64,000 nt of DNA from a candidate division BRC1 bacterium HGW-BRC1-1 (GTDB lineage: Bacteria; Sumerlaeota; Sumerlaeia; Sumerlaeales; Sumerlaeaceae), in the NCBI GenBank assembly GCA_002842095.1, contig PHCB01000008.1, forward strand, positions 209,231-273,230, written 5' to 3'. The notes under the pieces were generated by a model. That model ran no database searches and was not told the origin of the DNA. It saw only the letters and a program-made list of their open reading frames with translations. Positions 60,119 to 64,000 of the stretch are shown piece after piece (position 1 is the stretch's first letter; each line of letters begins with the position of its first letter). Both the position numbers and the translations under genes were made by a program.

Positions 60119-61387
60119 TCAGGCCGCGCCACGGGCGCGGATAAACTCTTCAAACTCGCCACGGAATTTTTCCAGTGCGCTGAGAAATGGTCCCTGTGCT
60201 CCGGGTGCGAAGGCACAGAAGGTGTGGGAAAGCCAACGACCTGCCTCAGCCATCAATTCCATGTCGCCTTCCTTCCCCTCGCGCTGGGTAATGGCGTTAA
60301 CCATGTTCCAAATCCAGGGAATACCTTCGCGACAGGGCGTGCAGAAACCGCAGGATTCGCGCCTGTAAAAACGCATAATATTTTCCGTGGCTTCAACCAT
60401 GTTATCACCCTGATCGAAAACGATGATGCAGGCGGTTCCCAAGCGTGACCCGGCCTTGGCAACGGAATCGAAATCCATGAGCGTATCGAATTCATCAGGC
60501 ACGAGCAGGGGAGTGGACAAACCTCCGGGGATGACGGCCTTGATGTCCTGACCCGAGCGGGCGGGTCCACCAGCGTAGTCATAAATCAGCTCTCGCAGCG
60601 ATACACCGAGGGGTAATTCCCACAATCTGGGGTTCTTAACGCGTCCACTGGCGCCCATGATTTTGGTACCGGCGCTGGTTTCTGTACCCATTTTTTTGTA
60701 CCACTCGGCACCGTGGGCCAGAATGTGAGGGAGGTTCCCGAAAGTCTCCACGTTATTAACAATAGTGGGTTGACCGAGGAATCCTTTAATCTGGGGAAAA
60801 GGCGGCTTGCTGCGAGGGTTCGCGCGTAGGCCTTCAAGAGAATTGAGAAGAGCTGTTTCCTCGCCGCAGATGTAGCGGCCTGCGCTGAGGTGGGTTTCGA
60901 GATGGAAATCGAAACCGCTGCCTTGAATGTTTTTTCCCAACCACCCGTTCTTGCGGGCCTCTTCCAAGGCTGCATCCACGAGCGCTGCACCCTTGCGGTA
61001 TTCCCAGCGGATGAAAATGTAACCAACGGTCATCTGCATGGCATAGGCTGCAATGAGCATGCCCTCGATCAACTGGTGAGGGTCACCGTAGAGCAGCGCG
61101 CGATCTTTGAATGTGCCCGGCTCCATCTCGTCGCAGTTGCAGACGAGGTATTTCTGGCCGGTAAAGTTCATGGGTACGAAGGACCACTTGAGGCCGGTGG
61201 GGAAACCCGCCCCGCCGCGACCGCGCAGATTGCTGTCTTTCACAATCTGCTGCACTTCCTGGGGTTGTTTCGCGAAAGCGGCTTTGGCACCTTCGTAACC
61301 GCCGTTGTCCATATATCGCTGGTAATCGCAAGGAGCGCCCACGTTGGCCAGATCGATGTTTTTGGTCAGAACTTTAACCTGAGCCAT
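60119..61387 (-). CDS. nuoF: NADH-quinone oxidoreductase subunit F (NADH/FMN-binding).
   Basis: FMN/NADH-binding block GRGGAGFPTGLKW. The C-terminal 4Fe-4S motif is ESCGFCTPCREG. Confidence 0.9.
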   Translation of the reverse strand: MAQVKVLTKNIDLANVGAPCDYQRYMDNGGYEGAKAAFAKQPQEVQQIVKDSNLRGRGGAGFPTGLKWSFVPMNFTGQKYLVCNCDEMEPGTFKDRALLYGDPHQLIEGMLIAAYAMQMTVGYIFIRWEYRKGAALVDAALEEARKNGWLGKNIQGSGFDFHLETHLSAGRYICGEETALLNSLEGLRANPRSKPPFPQIKGFLGQPTIVNNVETFGNLPHILAHGAEWYKKMGTETSAGTKIMGASGRVKNPRLWELPLGVSLRELIYDYAGGPARSGQDIKAVIPGGLSTPLLVPDEFDTLMDFDSVAKAGSRLGTACIIVFDQGDNMVEATENIMRFYRRESCGFCTPCREGIPWIWNMVNAITQREGKEGDMELMAEAGRWLSHTFCAFAPGAQGPFLSALEKFRGEFEEFIRARGAA

Positions 61388-61878
61388 CAGGACTCTCCCT
61401 TCGCGGATTCAGCTGAGAGTTGCTCGAGGATCTCGTCAAGCTTCTCGGGGGTTACTCGATTGTAGGTTTCTTCGTCAATCATGATGCTCGGGGCCTGATC
61501 GCAATTGCCCAGACACACCACGGGCAACAGCGTGTACTCGCCGTCGGCCGTGGTTTCACCCATGCCGATGCCCAGACGCTTTTTGAAATGCTCGACCAGC
61601 CGGTCACATCCGCACAGATGGCATGAGATGGAGTCGCAAACGACAATAATGCGGCGGCCCACCGGTTCGCGAAAGAACCAGTTGTAGAAGGTAGCCACGC
61701 CCTCAACCTCAGGCTCTGGAATTCCCACAATTTCAGCCGCCTCGGCAATAGCTTCGTCGGGAAGCCAGCCACCGTAATGCTTCTGCAGTTTGTGCATAAC
61801 GGTGATAAGGCCCACGCGTTCCGAGGGATAGTGTTTGACGTATTCCGTCAGTTCGGTTTTCAGGGTTTGGGGTATCAT
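61387..61878 (-). CDS. nuoE: NADH-quinone oxidoreductase subunit E (thioredoxin-like 2Fe-2S).
   Basis: Motif CDSISCHLCGCDRLVEHF...VCLGNCDQAP. The start was placed at MIPQTLKTEL (ATG at 61876-61878), 1 nt after the nuoCD stop. Confidence 0.85.
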   Translation of the reverse strand: MIPQTLKTELTEYVKHYPSERVGLITVMHKLQKHYGGWLPDEAIAEAAEIVGIPEPEVEGVATFYNWFFREPVGRRIIVVCDSISCHLCGCDRLVEHFKKRLGIGMGETTADGEYTLLPVVCLGNCDQAPSIMIDEETYNRVTPEKLDEILEQLSAESAKGES

Positions 61879-61879
61879 G

Positions 61880-63643
61880 TTACCTGTCGATGTCCGCGAG
61901 AACGAAGTCCATGGCGGCGATGTTTGCAAGCAAGTCACTTAAAAGATGGCCTTCACTCAAGGCCGGCAAAGTTTGCATGTGGGCGAAGCTTGGTGCCCGA
62001 ACTCGCAAGCGGTAGGGCGATGTGCGTCCGTCGCTTACCACATGGTAACCAATCACGCCCTTCGGTCCCTCCACCATCCCGAGGCTTTCACCAGCGGGCA
62101 GATCAAGTCCCCATCCAACTGCCAGGAAGTGATTGATGAGGGTTTCGATATCCATCATCGTCTCGGCCTTCTTGGGAGGGAAGGCGTAGCGGTTGTCGCG
62201 GGAGATGTAATCGCCCTCGGGCATCAGATCGATGCACTGGCGAATGATGCGAGCGCTTTGTTCCATCTCGGCGTGACGCACCATGGCTCGTGACCAGCAG
62301 TCGCCGCCCGTATCCGATGGGATGTCGAACTCGAACTGTTCGTATCCAGAGTATGGGTTAGTCTTGCGAAGGTCGAGTTTGCTGCCGCTGCCGCGCAGGT
62401 TCGGTCCCGTGACGCCCCATTCCAGACATTCTTCCTCGCTCATCACGCCCACTTGTTTGGTGCGGGATTTGAAGATCGGATTCTGAATGAGGAGCTGATC
62501 ATATTCGGTCAGCGCCTTGTCGAAATCCTTCAGGAAGAATTTGAGAGGCTCGCGCCATCCCGGTGGCAGGTCCATGCTCATGCCGCCGATGCGAAGAAAG
62601 TTCGGGTGCATGCGGCCCCCCGTGATCATCTCTGAGATTTTGAAGAGATGCTCGCGCTCGCGGAAGGTGTAGAAGACGGGTGTCATGGCGCCCACGTCGT
62701 GGCCGAGGGTGCCGAGCCAAACCAGATGGTTACAGATGCGATAAAGCTCCGCAAGCAGCACGCGGGCCATTTGCGCACGAGCCGGTACTTCGACGCCGGC
62801 CAGTTTTTCGCAGGCCATCACGTAGGGCATTTCGTTGTTCGTGCCACCGAGATAGTCCACGCGGTCGCAATAGGGGATGTACGTGTGGAAGGTCTGGCGT
62901 TCGGCCATCTTTTCAGCACCGCGATGGTGGTAACCAATGACCGGCAGAACCTTCTCCATGTACTCACCGTTGAGGGTGAGAACGACTCGCAACACTCCGT
63001 GGGTACCGGGGTGGTTGGGGCCCAGGTTAATGACCATCAGTTCCTCGCCGGTGTCGCTCACGCGACGCATCACCGAGTCACCCGATGCATTGAAGTTTTC
63101 GTACCCCTCAAAATCTTCCAACATGTTGGGAGTGACCACGAGGGGAGCCATTTCGGTGGCGCGGTTGGCGTGGTCCTTGCGCAGTGGGAAACCTTCCCAC
63201 CATTCGGGCATAAGAATGCGCCGCAGGTAGGGATGGCCCTCAAAAGAAATCCCGAACATGTCGTAGACTTCCCGCTCGTACCAATTGGCGTTTTTGTAAA
63301 CTCCCTCAACCGTCGGAAGTTTGAGGGTCTCGTCGTCTACGGGGACCTTTATGAGGATACGATCATCCTTGGAAGGATTCCAAACTGTATACTGGGCCGT
63401 AAACCGATGGGTCGCCTTATCAGGCCTGTTGACCATCTGAGACTCGTCGATGGCGGTGAGGTCAAAGAGGACGGGGAATGGTCGCTCCGCGTCCGTTTTG
63501 AGGGCTTGCAGTTCGTCGACAAGTTTGTCCGCCGCTATGGTTCGGACCTCGGCGACTCCGTGGTAACCGCTGAAGCCGCCCTTGAGGTGCTCGTTGTCCT
63601 TTGATTCCCACAGGGGTTTGGCCACATTGCGTGAGAATTTCAT
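61880..63643 (-). CDS. nuoCD: Fused NADH-quinone oxidoreductase subunits C and D.
   Basis: The N-terminal NuoC block is [27 protein letters not shown]. The NuoD body is [21 protein letters not shown]...[15 protein letters not shown]...SFAHMQ. It is a single 587-aa ORF. Confidence 0.9.
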   Translation of the reverse strand: MKFSRNVAKPLWESKDNEHLKGGFSGYHGVAEVRTIAADKLVDELQALKTDAERPFPVLFDLTAIDESQMVNRPDKATHRFTAQYTVWNPSKDDRILIKVPVDDETLKLPTVEGVYKNANWYEREVYDMFGISFEGHPYLRRILMPEWWEGFPLRKDHANRATEMAPLVVTPNMLEDFEGYENFNASGDSVMRRVSDTGEELMVINLGPNHPGTHGVLRVVLTLNGEYMEKVLPVIGYHHRGAEKMAERQTFHTYIPYCDRVDYLGGTNNEMPYVMACEKLAGVEVPARAQMARVLLAELYRICNHLVWLGTLGHDVGAMTPVFYTFREREHLFKISEMITGGRMHPNFLRIGGMSMDLPPGWREPLKFFLKDFDKALTEYDQLLIQNPIFKSRTKQVGVMSEEECLEWGVTGPNLRGSGSKLDLRKTNPYSGYEQFEFDIPSDTGGDCWSRAMVRHAEMEQSARIIRQCIDLMPEGDYISRDNRYAFPPKKAETMMDIETLINHFLAVGWGLDLPAGESLGMVEGPKGVIGYHVVSDGRTSPYRLRVRAPSFAHMQTLPALSEGHLLSDLLANIAAMDFVLADIDR

Positions 63644-64000
63644 TGCGGCCCTCTTACCTTCGGAATCGCAGGGAAGGTTTCCACTCCAGCGGAGTGCAGA
63701 CCGGGATATTTATCATCCAATTTGATGCCCAAGGGTCGCTGCGTTGAATTCTGAACAGCATCCTGTAAAAGCATCAGTCCCTCAAGAAATGCCTCGGGTC
63801 GTGGCGGGCAACCGGGAATGTAGACATCGACAGGAAGCAGGGTGTCAACACCCTGAACCACGCTATAGATATCGTACATTCCACCGGAATTGGAGCAAGA
63901 ACCCATGGAGATAACCCATTTGGGTTCCATGAGTTGTTCGTACAGCCTCACGATGCTTGGGACCATTTTTTTAAAGACAGTCCCTGCAATCACCATGAGA
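63640..64000 (-). CDS. nuoB: NADH-quinone oxidoreductase subunit B. Only the C-terminal part is in the window; the N-terminus lies beyond it.
   Basis: ...[43 protein letters not shown], the Cys motifs of the N2 cluster. Confidence 0.85.
   Translation of the reverse strand, partial: LMVIAGTVFKKMVPSIVRLYEQLMEPKWVISMGSCSNSGGMYDIYSVVQGVDTLLPVDVYIPGCPPRPEAFLEGLMLLQDAVQNSTQRPLGIKLDDKYPGLHSAGVETFPAIPKVRGPQ

Overview
The window is 64 kb of high-GC bacterial chromosome. It looks like Verrucomicrobia/Planctomycetes-type DNA, with many prepilin-motif pseudopilins and secreted proteins, but the taxon is not certain. It is densely coding and mostly core genes.

Features found, in order along the window:
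- an isocitrate lyase/PEP-mutase family lyase (truncated at the window start) and an isocitrate/isopropylmalate-type dehydrogenase;
- a diaminopimelate-dehydrogenase-like oxidoreductase convergent with an orphan LuxC-family acyl-CoA reductase;
- riboflavin genes ribE, ribBA and ribF;
- a minus-strand string of envelope and unknown-function genes: a lysyl-PG-synthase TM 'flippase-like' protein and an overlapping polysaccharide deacetylase, then a NERD-domain membrane protein, a TerB-like/DUF697-like protein, a 1107-aa secreted protein and an MFS transporter;
- enolase, tRNA-Leu(GAG), a STAS-domain protein, a 2H phosphoesterase (ThpR/LigT-like), PBP1A, RecN, a CheY-like receiver, ThrS, and a fused aldo/keto reductase with a 4Fe-4S domain;
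- a DedA/TVP38 protein next to a GT2 polyprenyl-phosphate glycosyltransferase, then tRNA-Arg(ACG);
- a three-gene minor-pseudopilin operon, a GH3 beta-glucosidase with a PA14 insert, and a tandem duplication of an orphan gspF/pilC gene;
- an LptC/LptA-like pair with a duplicated C-terminal module, an SDR epimerase, and an NtrB/NtrC-type two-component pair;
- a nuo operon (nuoB partial, fused nuoCD, E, F, G, H, I, J, K, L, M, N) followed by a TPR protein.

No CRISPR array, rRNA, integrase or transposase was seen.

The candidates most likely to be undescribed biology are:
- the tandem orphan gspF/pilC duplication, whose spacer carries an 11-bp microsatellite and a degenerate third flank copy;
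- the overlapping NERD / TerB-DUF697-like / giant secreted protein gene string;
- the overlapping flippase-like / deacetylase pair.

All calls rest on reading motifs in the six-frame translations. No database searches were run.
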